Origin: an uncultured Christensenella sp.
Lineage (GTDB): Bacteria; Bacillota; Clostridia; Christensenellales; UBA1242
NCBI GenBank assembly: GCA_949294455.1
Contig: CASFHD010000001.1
Coordinates: 9,556 to 73,555, forward strand
Length of the DNA: 64,000 nt
Direction of reading: 5' to 3'
Notes under the pieces: generated by a model
Seen by the model: only the letters and a program-made list of their open reading frames with translations
Database searches by the model: none
What the model was told of the DNA's origin: nothing
Translations under genes and position numbers: made by a program
Part shown: in pieces, positions 9,474-18,474 of the stretch
Layout: every line of letters starts with the position of its first letter
How positions within the stretch are numbered: position 1 is the first letter of the stretch

Positions 9474-9528
9474 ACCTCCTATGATAAAATAAAATTTGTA
9501 GTCTACACAAATTTTAATCATAGGAGGT
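9474..9528 (-). promoter_or_regulatory. stem-loop sequestering the tnpA Shine-Dalgarno
   Basis: A 12-bp perfect stem pairs acctcctatgat (9474-9485) with atcataggaggt (9517-9528). The 9474-9485 arm carries the AGGAGG of tnpA on the mRNA strand. The intervening 31 nt also self-pair (aaatttgt.../...acaaattt). Confidence 0.6.
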
Positions 9529-9545
9529 ATCTTTATGTAAAGGTT

Positions 9546-9593
9546 AACCTCTTTGGAACCACGGGACTATCCCGTGGTTTTCTTAAACAAAAA
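9546..9593. repeat. 48-nt REP/IS-end repeat, copy 1
   Basis: aacctctttggaaccacgggactatcccgtggttt(t)cttaaacaaaaa. It matches copy 2 except for one extra T. Confidence 0.85.
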
Positions 9594-9613
9594 AGTCGCC
9601 AAATCGACGACTT

Positions 9614-9865
9614 TTATTGATTATTTAGTTTGTTTTCGAGGTTTTTGACTTTTTCTTCGAGTTCTTTTAGCCTCTTTTTGCGTTTTCGATACGCAATACC
9701 TCCCGGAATATTAGGGAAAATTACAAGAACCGTTATTAAAACGATAGCTCCAATACTTACATAAAGCATAGTATCAGCCATTGTAAAATGTCCTAAATTG
9801 CTTAATGATATCATAATACCGAACCAAAGAGCTGTTGGCAAAACTCCAAAAAATATTATTTTCAT
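9614..9865 (-). CDS. small 2-TM membrane protein with basic/coiled-coil tail
   Basis: 83 aa with two hydrophobic helices, then RKRKKRLKELEEKVKNLENKLNNQ. RBS is agaggt. It has its own consensus promoter and a terminator (hairpin 9591-9612). Confidence 0.5.
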   Translation of the reverse strand: MKIIFFGVLPTALWFGIMISLSNLGHFTMADTMLYVSIGAIVLITVLVIFPNIPGGIAYRKRKKRLKELEEKVKNLENKLNNQ

Positions 9866-9961
9866 TAAATATTACCTCTAAATTGCAAATAAATAGGCTT
9901 CGTGCTCGCGCCTTTCTTTAAGGCTTCGTCCACATAGATACAAAGTCTGTTGTTTGCGTCG

Positions 9962-9990
9962 ATTATACCATAACCTACACAATTTGTCAA
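9962..9990 (-). promoter_or_regulatory. perfect-consensus sigma70 promoter
   Basis: The minus strand reads TTGACA (9990-9985), a 17-nt spacer, then TATAAT (9967-9962). About 90 nt of comparatively GC-rich leader precedes the 83-aa ORF. Confidence 0.6.
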
Positions 9991-10008
9991 CGCCGTAGTG
10001 GAATTATA

Positions 10009-10055
10009 AACCTCTTTGGAACCACGGGACTATCCCGTGGTTTCTTAAACAAAAA
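10009..10055. repeat. 48-nt REP/IS-end repeat, copy 2
   Basis: Same sequence as 9546-9593, sitting directly downstream of the rplI terminator. Confidence 0.85.
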
Positions 10056-10080
10056 CAGATTGTGAAATTGTGCAATCTGT
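10050..10080 (-). terminator. rplI terminator
   Basis: Stem acagattg/caatctgt with a T-run on the minus strand. Confidence 0.6.
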
Positions 10081-10082
10081 TT

Positions 10083-10520
10083 TTATTTTACAATAAGATT
10101 TATCTGACAACTTACTTCTTTCATAAATTGAATTTCTATCTTATAATTTCCTATTGACTTAATTGGAGCAAAATCAACTATTTGCTTTTTGTCTATATCT
10201 ATTCCATTTTGTTTTAGAATATTAGCAATTTCTATCTTCGAGATGCTACCAAATGCCTTACCGTTAGCACCAATTTTAAGAGTTGTATTAAAATCTTTTC
10301 CATTTATAGAATCTGCTATTTTTTGATATTTTTTAACTAATTCAGTGTGATGATAATCAAGTGATTTAATTTTTCCCAAGTTATCATTTAAATTACTAGC
10401 ACTTGCTTCTTTTGCAATTCCCTGCTTTATTAAAAAATTCTGTGCATAACTCGCACTGACTTCTATTATATCGCCTGTTTTTCCTTTTCCTTTCAAATCT
10501 TTAATTAAAATAACTTTCAT
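10083..10520 (-). CDS. rplI: 50S ribosomal protein L9
   Basis: 145 aa. [40 protein letters not shown] is the L9 N-terminal domain signature. Confidence 0.9.
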   Translation of the reverse strand: MKVILIKDLKGKGKTGDIIEVSASYAQNFLIKQGIAKEASASNLNDNLGKIKSLDYHHTELVKKYQKIADSINGKDFNTTLKIGANGKAFGSISKIEIANILKQNGIDIDKKQIVDFAPIKSIGNYKIEIQFMKEVSCQINLIVK

Positions 10521-10683
10521 TAGTATCTCCTAGTTCATTATATAATAGATTAAAAATTCTGTCAATAAAATATACTAACAGCATTATTATATAAAATAAA
10601 TAAAAATTAACATTAAATGATTTTAATTAAAATATTGCTGAATTATAAATGAATAATTTCACATAATAATTTAGAGGTAGAAT

Positions 10684-10998
10684 ATGGACATTGTATGTAG
10701 AAAATGCAGTTGCAAATACAACAAGCAACAAAAATGTTTAAGAAAAAATTTAAACATAAATAAATCAGCAGACTGTAACGATTTAGAAATTGATAAAACA
10801 AAGCCAAAAATTGATGTTTCAAAAGATATGTTTGAACACGAACCAGACCTTGCAAAAAACAGAAATTGTAAAAATGTAAAAATAAAATGTGATGCTAAAA
10901 ACTGCCTATTTAATAAAGATAAATCTTGCTTTTCAAATGGTATATTTGTAGGTAGTGCAACAAATTGTGCCACTTGCAATTCATATCAAGAAAAATGA
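10684..10998 (+). CDS. cysteine-rich protein with two DUF1540-like repeats
   Basis: 104 aa. It has two C..C......C...N......C motifs (CRKCSCKYNKQQKC..., CDAKNCLFNKDKSC...ATNCATC). RBS is agaggt. Confidence 0.5.
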   Translation: MDIVCRKCSCKYNKQQKCLRKNLNINKSADCNDLEIDKTKPKIDVSKDMFEHEPDLAKNRNCKNVKIKCDAKNCLFNKDKSCFSNGIFVGSATNCATCNSYQEK

Positions 10999-11115
10999 TA
11001 AACTTATATTTGTTTTAAACAATATGTTTTATCGAAATTAAAATTAAATAAAATATAAAAACAACTAAAAATTGTTAGTTTAACATTGTAATAAAAAAAA
11101 TCACTACTCGTGATT

Positions 11116-12519
11116 TTATATATTTTCAACTACTAAAAGATTAGCTCCATCGCCTTTTGTTATACCAGCTGTTTGAACAACCTGGTCGCCCTTTTGCACC
11201 ATCTTTGATTTTAAAGATTGAGTTCTTGCACCTTTGAGAATATCATCTGTATTAGAATAAATTTTATCCATAATAGGATAAACATTCCATAATATAGCCA
11301 TTTGATAGTAAGTTTTTTCATTAGGTGTTAAAGCCAAAATTTTAGGTTTTGCTCTAAATCTAGAAACTTCTTTTGCACTCAAACCCGTTTTTGTTGAAAC
11401 AATAATAGCTTTTGCATCTAAAGTAGAAGCTAAAGCACAAGCAGAATATCCAATACCCTCACTTACCCCATTTGAACTATGAATATTACACATACACATA
11501 TCATAATCAATTTCTTGTTCAGCAATTGTAGCAATTTTAGCCATAACCTCAACTACGTGTGGCGGATTAACTCCCACAGCAGACTCTCCTGAAAGCATAA
11601 TACAACTAGTCCCATCATAAATAGCATTAGCAACATCAGATATTTCCGCTCTAGTTGGACGATAATTTGTTGTCATAGTCTCAAGCATTTGAGTAGCAGT
11701 AATTACAGTTTTCCCCTTTTCTATACAAGAATAAATTATTTTTTTTTGAATTTCAGGCACTATTTCAAAACCAATTTCAATACCTAAATCGCCACGAGCC
11801 ACCATAACGCCATCAGATGCATCAATAATTTCATCTAAATTATCTACGCCGAATTTGCTTTCAATTTTAGACACCAAAAAGATATTCTTTCCGCCGTTTT
11901 TTGCTAAAAACTTACGAACATCATCAACATCTTTTTTAGAATTAACAAAAGATAGTGCAATAATATCTACACCTTCTTGAATTCCAAATTTAATATCAGC
12001 CTTGTCTTTTTCTGATAGATAAATAGTATTAATATTAATATCTGGCAAATTAATACTTTTATTATTAGACAATTTACCTCCGTTAACACAAATAGTTTCT
12101 ACTTCATTACCTTGAATCTTAACTACTTTTAATTCAACAAAACCATCATTAAGAAGTATTTGTGTACCAACTTTTACAATTTTAGGAAAATTAGTATATT
12201 TAACAAATGCTTTTTTGTTATCACCCAAAATTTCTTTTGTTGTTAAAATAAATTTATCATTAGATTTCAATTCAATTTCATTATTTTTAAAAAGTCCCAA
12301 ACGAATTTCTGGACCTTTAGTATCCAATAAAATAGCAATAGGTATATTTAAATCTTTCCTTACTTTTTTTACCAAATCAATAGCTATTTTATGACTTTCG
12401 TGTGTTCCGTGTGAAAAATTTAAACGCGCAACATTCATACCTTTTAAAGCCATAGCTTTTATAGTTTCATAATTAGTACTAGCAGGCCCTAGTGTACAAA
12501 TAATTTTAGTTTTTTTCAT
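11116..12519 (-). CDS. pyk: pyruvate kinase
   Basis: Contains MKKTKIICTLGPAS, NVARLNFSHG, LDTKGPEIR and MVARGDLGIE. Start set at ATG 12519 (GGAG 6 nt upstream). Confidence 0.95.
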   Translation of the reverse strand: MKKTKIICTLGPASTNYETIKAMALKGMNVARLNFSHGTHESHKIAIDLVKKVRKDLNIPIAILLDTKGPEIRLGLFKNNEIELKSNDKFILTTKEILGDNKKAFVKYTNFPKIVKVGTQILLNDGFVELKVVKIQGNEVETICVNGGKLSNNKSINLPDININTIYLSEKDKADIKFGIQEGVDIIALSFVNSKKDVDDVRKFLAKNGGKNIFLVSKIESKFGVDNLDEIIDASDGVMVARGDLGIEIGFEIVPEIQKKIIYSCIEKGKTVITATQMLETMTTNYRPTRAEISDVANAIYDGTSCIMLSGESAVGVNPPHVVEVMAKIATIAEQEIDYDMCMCNIHSSNGVSEGIGYSACALASTLDAKAIIVSTKTGLSAKEVSRFRAKPKILALTPNEKTYYQMAILWNVYPIMDKIYSNTDDILKGARTQSLKSKMVQKGDQVVQTAGITKGDGANLLVVENI

Positions 12520-13152
12520 AAACATCTCCAAATTGTAGTATAAAACAATCGACAAAAACAGTCAACAATATCAGTTTATTTTAAATAAAATTATTATTGG
12601 AATAAATTAAAATTTTAAACTAAAATTAAATATAAAGTAAAATAAATATTTACAAACACAAAAGAAAATTTTATAAATATAATCGTAAATGTAACTTATA
12701 AAAATTTTTAAATATAATATTTATTTAAGATTGCCTCAATACATAAAAAAAATATTATAAATTACAAATTCAATATCTTTTTTTAAGCAAAATTATAAAA
12801 AATAAATTAGGAAAACTTATTAAGAAATATTCATTAATAGTATAAAAAATTAAAAAATAAGTAGATAGCAATTAAATAATATAAAGAATTAAAATGATTA
12901 AACTGTATCATAATTAAATATAATAAAAAGAAAATTAAATAAAAAACACTTGCAAAAAGGAAAATTATGTGATAATATATAAAAAGTTTATAGTTTTATA
13001 AACTAATATTATACTTTGAAATTTTATTTTGCGTATCAAAAATCTAATAAAATAGGTATAGATATGAAAGCTTAAAACATTGAAATAAAATTGTTTATTA
13101 AAGTAATTAGATAAAATTTTTAAAAAAAGTATATAAAAAATTAAATATAAAT

Positions 13153-13240
13153 GGAGGGCTGGTAGAGCGGTCTAATACAGCAGTCTTGAAAACTGCCGAG
13201 GTGAAAGCCTCCTGGGGTTCGAATCCCTAGCCCTCCGCCA
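13153..13240 (+). tRNA. tRNA-Ser(UGA)
   Basis: Acceptor ggagggc/gccctcc and anticodon stem gcagt/actgc with loop ctTGAaa. It has a long variable arm, T-loop ttcgaat and an encoded CCA. Confidence 0.85.
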
Positions 13241-13244
13241 AAAG

Positions 13245-13275
13245 ATTGTCGTTTGAACTCAAACGGCAATTTTTT
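13245..13275 (+). terminator. terminator after tRNA-Ser(UGA)
   Basis: Stem attgtcgtttga/tcaaacggcaat followed by T5. Confidence 0.7.
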
Positions 13276-13491
13276 ATTTTCATCATCTGAAATTTCAATT
13301 TCTTTCTTATAAATTACCGTTCCGTTATCGTTATTATTGTTATCATTATTGTCATCATCATTATTATTTGGTCGGTTATATATTTCTTCTACTGGGTTTA
13401 AACTTGTGTTGTAAACTATTGTAATTTTGTAATCATAAAGTAACACTTTTAAAATAAAATTATTAAAGAACTCGTTTTTATCTGTTTTTTA

Positions 13492-14244
13492 TCAAATTGC
13501 TTTCTTGCATATACTTTTAAAAAATTCACAATTTGTTCCTTGTTGTCTTTCTTTTATAACATGTTTAGTATAATGTTCAGACATTTGCTTTAAACCAGAT
13601 TTTCCTCCTGCGGGAGCCCAAGATTTAGCTGCATTTGCAACTTTTACAGTACCACTAATTGCTCCAAAAATTGCACCAGAAACAAATCCAGAAGCTGCAC
13701 CAATCAAAGTATCAATTCCTATCTGTCCCCAATTTATATTATTATAACCGACAGTTAATCCTTGAGATATAACACTTATACCAAAACTTATTATTGCACC
13801 AGTAATCGCACCTGTTACAGCTCCACCAACTGCACTACCTAGGATTGTTGCTGCAACTCCGCCACCAAGTGCACCAGCAATTGCAGTACCTGCACCCGCA
13901 GTTAATACAGAAATTGCTACAACTGAAGCAATAACAACAACAGCAACAGAAATTGATATTAACCAATCCCACCATTTATTACCATATTCGTCAGTGTTCA
14001 TTATTGGATTGTTTCCACAATATGTATAGAGATTTAATCCATTAATAAAATCTTTTCCTTCTAACAAAATTGATATATCATCAGCATTAATAAACCTACC
14101 AATCTCTGGGTCATAGTATCTTGAATTGAGATAATATAATCCAGTTTCAACATCATAGTAATAACCACGATATCGGAATGGATTTAGTTGTGCTATGGTC
14201 TTGTTGTTTAACCCGTCTGAAGTATAACTAAAACGGTTGAATTG
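13492..14244 (-). pseudogene. orphan Rhs/YD-repeat C-terminal toxin cassette 2 (start-less, degenerate)
   Basis: The frame is open from 14244 with no ATG: ...NPFRYRGYYYDVETGLYYLNSRYYDPEIGRFINADD...LYTYCGNNPIMNTDEYG. The DPxG motif has degenerated to DEYG. A glycine-zipper TM region and a short tail with EHYTKH follow. Confidence 0.6.
14077..14229. repeat. Rhs recombination handle, copy 1
   Basis: About 153 nt are alignable with 15404-15556. The core 14129-14215 differs from 15457-15543 by a single base. Confidence 0.85.
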
Positions 14245-14326
14245 TCAACAAAGTTGCTTTAATGAAAGAAACAATCCATCCTGATTAGGATTGTTTCATA
14301 TTTAAAATAATGTTATAGTATAATGA

Positions 14327-14707
14327 TTATTTTATTTCACAGTCCAATCTAATCACATCAAATTCAATAAACTCTCCTTCTTTAATATCTCCTGGAAGAT
14401 GTGTATCTAACGAAAGCTCAATACTTCCTATTTTCACCATTGGAACATCAACATTAAATACCATTCCTTGCAAGTGATACTGATAGAAACTTCCAAACTT
14501 TTGTATAGAATAAATATTCTCATCTACTCGTACAATATTAGTTGTACAATTTGCAATAATAGAGTTAACTTTTGTTCCTATTTTATTGCATTGTGCTGGA
14601 TAACAATAACATAAAAGATCGTATTTCCCATCAGACACAACAATATCAGCTTCATTACTATACTTATCATAATCTTGAACTTTTTTTAAATACATCATAC
14701 CCTCCAC
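14327..14707 (-). CDS. candidate immunity protein for cassette 1
   Basis: 126 aa. Its ATG abuts the toxin stop (14708/14707). It has no signal peptide and no recognisable family. The call is by position. Confidence 0.5.
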   Translation of the reverse strand: MEGMMYLKKVQDYDKYSNEADIVVSDGKYDLLCYCYPAQCNKIGTKVNSIIANCTTNIVRVDENIYSIQKFGSFYQYHLQGMVFNVDVPMVKIGSIELSLDTHLPGDIKEGEFIEFDVIRLDCEIK

Positions 14708-15595
14708 TTAAATACTAAAGATTGAAATACCTAGTCTTATTAATTCTTTAACGCTTCTAATTCCAAATGTGGCTACTTTAGTGCCATTCATTCCAACAAA
14801 TGCATAGTTAGCCTTTCCTAAATTTCCAAAAAATTTAATGTATCCAATAGTTTTCTTGCCTTTATAAATGTAAGTCACTTTCTGTCCATTTCTTGCGATA
14901 TATTTAGCACCTTTAGCAAACTGCGACGAATTCTTATATAGTTCTCCAAATTCAGATCCATGCTTTGTAAAATGGCTTTCCAGACTTGCTGAAGAAGAAA
15001 AATTGCCATAATTCATATATCCAGCCGCTCCGCCGATTACTGCTCCGACAACAGCACCTATACCAAAGCCCGTTACTATTCCTGTTAAAATGCCCTCAAG
15101 TGACCAGCCGGAAACAGCCCCTCCGATTATTCCTCCTGCTACTGTTCCAACTGTAGCTCCAATTAACGCACCTTTAGCAGTACCTAGGGCAATTGCACCT
15201 ACTATGCCACCAATAGCAGCGCCTGCAGATGCCGCAATCAACACTGAAGCCGCAGCAACCACCAATACTGCTCCTATACCAAACAACAACCATTGCCACC
15301 ATTTTGGTTTATTACCATCTGGATCGATATAATTTATTGGATTATTTCCACAGTAAAGGTATAAGTTGAAACCATTAAATGAATATCCATCCAAATTAGA
15401 CACATCATCAGCATTAATAAACCTGCCTGTTTCTGGGTCGTAATATCTAGTATTTAGATAATATAATCCAGTTTCAACATCATAGTAATAACTACGATAT
15501 CGGAATGGATTTAGTTGTGCTATGGTCTTGTTGTTTAACCCATCTTGAGTATAACTTGTAGTTTCTGAAATGTCAACATATTGACTTTTGTAAAT
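14708..15595 (-). CDS. orphan Rhs/YD-repeat C-terminal toxin cassette 1 (no ATG start)
   Basis: The frame is open from 15595: ...NPFRYRSYYYDVETGLYYLNTRYYDPETGRFINADD...LYLYCGNNPINYIDPDG, the Rhs core end and cleavage motif. Next come a glycine-zipper TM segment and a ~100-aa CT domain with SHFTKHGSEFG. Confidence 0.6.
   Translation of the reverse strand: MYKSQYVDISETTSYTQDGLNNKTIAQLNPFRYRSYYYDVETGLYYLNTRYYDPETGRFINADDVSNLDGYSFNGFNLYLYCGNNPINYIDPDGNKPKWWQWLLFGIGAVLVVAAASVLIAASAGAAIGGIVGAIALGTAKGALIGATVGTVAGGIIGGAVSGWSLEGILTGIVTGFGIGAVVGAVIGGAAGYMNYGNFSSSASLESHFTKHGSEFGELYKNSSQFAKGAKYIARNGQKVTYIYKGKKTIGYIKFFGNLGKANYAFVGMNGTKVATFGIRSVKELIRLGISIFSI
15404..15556. repeat. Rhs recombination handle, copy 2
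   Basis: See 14077-14229. Confidence 0.85.
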
Positions 15596-15916
15596 TTATA
15601 AATCTTGCGATATTTATTATTTAAGATTATTTTGATTATATTTTATAACATGAGATTATTCTAATATATTTAAAATATATTTAAAAATTGAAATTGTTTT
15701 TGAATTATTTTTTTCTAATTATTATGTATTTTATTAAAGATAAAACATTCGGGGAATCATTAACGAAATAGTAATTGGCGATGCTATTTAATATCGACAC
15801 TTTTAAAAAATTGATTATACAATAGTTTGTTAGATTATGTTAACATTTGATTTATGTTATTTATTTTTATTGACATAACATATATTTACCATGTTATACT
15901 ATTAGTAGAGGTAATT

Positions 15917-17026
15917 ATGAAAAAGACTTTAACTACATTATGTTTATGTACAATGCTTTTAATTAGCGGTATTTTTATCACTGCTTGTGGCGAAAAATCA
16001 GAGACGAAAAATTATACTATTACATTACCAACTTCGACTGATTACACTATTACAAGCGACAAAGAATTTGCTGAAGAAGGTCAAACAATAAATTTGACAA
16101 TAACGCTTACAAACAACGAAATTGTTATTGAAAATGTTTTAGCAAATAATAATACTTGTAATAGAATGGATAATTCAACATATTCGTTTATTATGCCTGA
16201 TGAAAATGTAACAATAACAGTACAAACAAGTCATCTACAAGAAGTATTTGCTACAGATTTTGTGTGGTTTGACGAAGATAATCTCTACACTATTACACAA
16301 TCAGGTTCTGGGACATATTCAAATACAAGAGATTTAAATATTACATTTGCAAAGAAACAAGGCATGACAAGCGTTAGAACAACATTCTCATCTTCAAATC
16401 AATTTGTAATTCCTAATTCTGCAATTTCATTTGATCCTGTAACAGACAGTGACTTAAATGGTTCTAGTGGTTCAAATCAGATTTTAAAAGGTATAATCGA
16501 AATTGACCCTACACAAATAAATGAAGGAACTTCATATTTAACAATGGAATTTGCCAGCAACAATAATAGTAGTAGCATTGACCGAGGGACATTAATAGTT
16601 AAAATAACTGTTGTTCCTTATGGGGAATTAACTCTTGAAACAGTAAAAGAAACCTTAGTTATTGATTTATTTTCTGAAATGCAATATCAAACAGGTGATA
16701 CATTTTGTTTAAGAATTGGAGATAGAGATCATGTTGATGGCTCATCAAATCCGAGTTATGTTGATTATATTTTAACATTACAATCGGGTAGAAGATTATC
16801 AATAGAATTTGATTACATTTTAGGTCATAGATTCTGGATAAGACTTGTTGAAGGTGAATCTCAACCAGATGTTCAACCGGGATATATTGAAGAATTCATT
16901 TTTGATGGCAGAAGTATTGAAGGGGATGAAGAAAGCGGATATACTGGATTTTTAAACGATAGTTTGATGTATTTAAACGCTAATGACAGTGTAACAATAG
17001 ACGCAGAACTAAATCCTGCTTTGTAA
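15917..17026 (+). CDS. lipoprotein, unknown function
   Basis: Start set at MKKTLTTLCLCTMLLISGIFITAC|GEKS (lipobox ITAC) with RBS agaggt. A terminator hairpin lies at about 17040-17070. Confidence 0.65.
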   Translation: MKKTLTTLCLCTMLLISGIFITACGEKSETKNYTITLPTSTDYTITSDKEFAEEGQTINLTITLTNNEIVIENVLANNNTCNRMDNSTYSFIMPDENVTITVQTSHLQEVFATDFVWFDEDNLYTITQSGSGTYSNTRDLNITFAKKQGMTSVRTTFSSSNQFVIPNSAISFDPVTDSDLNGSSGSNQILKGIIEIDPTQINEGTSYLTMEFASNNNSSSIDRGTLIVKITVVPYGELTLETVKETLVIDLFSEMQYQTGDTFCLRIGDRDHVDGSSNPSYVDYILTLQSGRRLSIEFDYILGHRFWIRLVEGESQPDVQPGYIEEFIFDGRSIEGDEESGYTGFLNDSLMYLNANDSVTIDAELNPAL

Positions 17027-17340
17027 ATTTGATTGAATAGGGATTAGAATAAAATCTAATCTTTTTTTATAATAAAATCCTTTTTAATTTTATTTTGATA
17101 AAATATAAAATCAAATTATTTAGTTTTCTTCTCTATTAGTCTTTTATTAATAATGTAACAATGTTAATTAATCATAGTGATTTCTTATAGCGCATTTTTA
17201 AAAATAAAAAATTAAATTAATATTACTTTCAAAAGTTATAATTATACATTTTATAGATATGTTTTAAGTCAAAAATTGAAGTAAAGAATAAAGCAAATTA
17301 TACTTTAAATTTATTATAATTAAAAAACAAATTCTAATAT

Positions 17341-18282
17341 TTATTTAATATATGGAATAGCAATTAAAACAATTTCTGTTGCAAAATAACACCCTCCATA
17401 ATATCTTAAATAAAACTTATAATTTTTGTTATAATTTAAAATAATTTTTGGAATTTCAAACAAATCTGTATTATTATGATAAACAGAAATTAGCAAGGTT
17501 GGATTGTCTACTTCTATATGTTTTTTCATACCTTTTAGTGCAGATTTTTCGCCACCTTCAATATCCATCTTTACAATATCAATTTTTTCAATAATATCAT
17601 TATCAAGTTTCACTGATTTTATAAAATTTTGCCCATTTTTTGAAAGTTTATTTGCAGATAGTTCAACATTCAAATCAAAATATGCTTTTCCGTTTTTATC
17701 ACTGACCGCTAATTCTTTTATTTCTATATTTTTATAATTTTTAAGATTATGTTTCATTTTTTCAATATTTTCTTTACATATTTCATAACAATATATTTTT
17801 TTATAAGAATTATCCCCAAAACTTTTTATATAATCTAAACAACTATCACCAGTAAACGCTCCTACATCTACAAAAACATCATTATTGCGGTTTGGCATAA
17901 TATCTAAATCAAAATAATGTTTGTAAATATTTTCCATACAATTCTTTAGCGAATCAAAATCAAAATTATAAAAATTATTTAAAATAGCAAATAAAATATA
18001 TTTAGATTTGTAATCTGATAAATTTTCATATAGCCAAATGTAATCTTGAATATTTTTATAAAAAATTATTGACTTTAATTTTAACATTTCAAAATTTTTA
18101 TTTTGTACTTCAATTTTTCCCCAATATTCAAATTGATTCAAAAAATTCTGTATTGCAATAATTCTATCAATAGGAAGAGTTATAAATTTAATGAGCATAT
18201 GATTATAAATTTCTTCCTGTGATTTAGATTTTATATCTTCAATAAGTCCGTAAAATAATTTATCTATAAAATTTTTCATCAT
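17341..18282 (-). CDS. FkbM-family SAM-dependent methyltransferase
   Basis: Contains VFVDVGAFTGDS (SAM motif I), ...ELAVSDKNGKAYF..., and VKMDIEGGEKSALKG, the typical FkbM signature. Confidence 0.75.
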   Translation of the reverse strand: MMKNFIDKLFYGLIEDIKSKSQEEIYNHMLIKFITLPIDRIIAIQNFLNQFEYWGKIEVQNKNFEMLKLKSIIFYKNIQDYIWLYENLSDYKSKYILFAILNNFYNFDFDSLKNCMENIYKHYFDLDIMPNRNNDVFVDVGAFTGDSCLDYIKSFGDNSYKKIYCYEICKENIEKMKHNLKNYKNIEIKELAVSDKNGKAYFDLNVELSANKLSKNGQNFIKSVKLDNDIIEKIDIVKMDIEGGEKSALKGMKKHIEVDNPTLLISVYHNNTDLFEIPKIILNYNKNYKFYLRYYGGCYFATEIVLIAIPYIK

Positions 18283-18474
18283 TAAAACTCCATTATATTT
18301 TATGAGTTTAAAATAAATTTAGATAATATAACCTTAAATTTAAAATTAAATTTTTTTATATTTAAATTATAATTAACGATGAAAATATATTTTTAAAGCA
18401 TTAATTATTTGAAAATTAACAATAAACATTTAATTTCCATATTATAAATAAGTTGATTAGGGAGAATTATATAA

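Larger units (their letters stand above)
8915..9594 (-). mobile_element. IS200/IS605-family element (tnpA only); ends approximate
   Basis: A Y1 transposase gene is flanked by hairpins with the identical stem CCACGGG...CCCGTGG (8917-8935 and 9560-9578). Further small hairpins lie at 8945-8960. Confidence 0.6.

Noticed and set aside
9866-9955. Guanidine-II (mini-ykkC)-type riboswitch in the GC-rich leader of the 83-aa ORF, because ACGAAGCC occurs twice
   Set aside because: The ACGA motifs are not presented in GC-stem tetraloops, and the downstream 2-TM protein is not an SMR/SugE-type transporter. No recognised riboswitch fold could be drawn.
10643-10979. Two minus-strand ORFs (70 and 102 aa)
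   Set aside because: They are antisense to the Cys-rich DUF1540-like gene, which has an SD and a recognisable motif pattern. The antisense products are hydrophobic low-complexity sequence.
12556-13152. ~600-bp and similar (3817-4163, 51559-52088) extremely AT-rich gene-free spacers, checked for hidden RNA genes or arrays
   Set aside because: No stems, repeats or conserved RNA motifs could be found by eye. They look like ordinary promoter or curved-DNA spacers of a low-GC genome.
13141-13446. 101-aa minus-strand ORF downstream of Rhs cassette 2, considered as its immunity gene
   Set aside because: It starts with GTG and is dominated by an Asn/Asp low-complexity run. Its last ~60 codons are antisense to the tRNA-Ser(UGA) gene and its terminator. 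At best it is a truncated remnant, so it is not reported as a gene.
15090-15332. 80-aa plus-strand ORF rich in Pro/Ala
   Set aside because: It is the antisense shadow of the glycine-zipper region of Rhs cassette 1.
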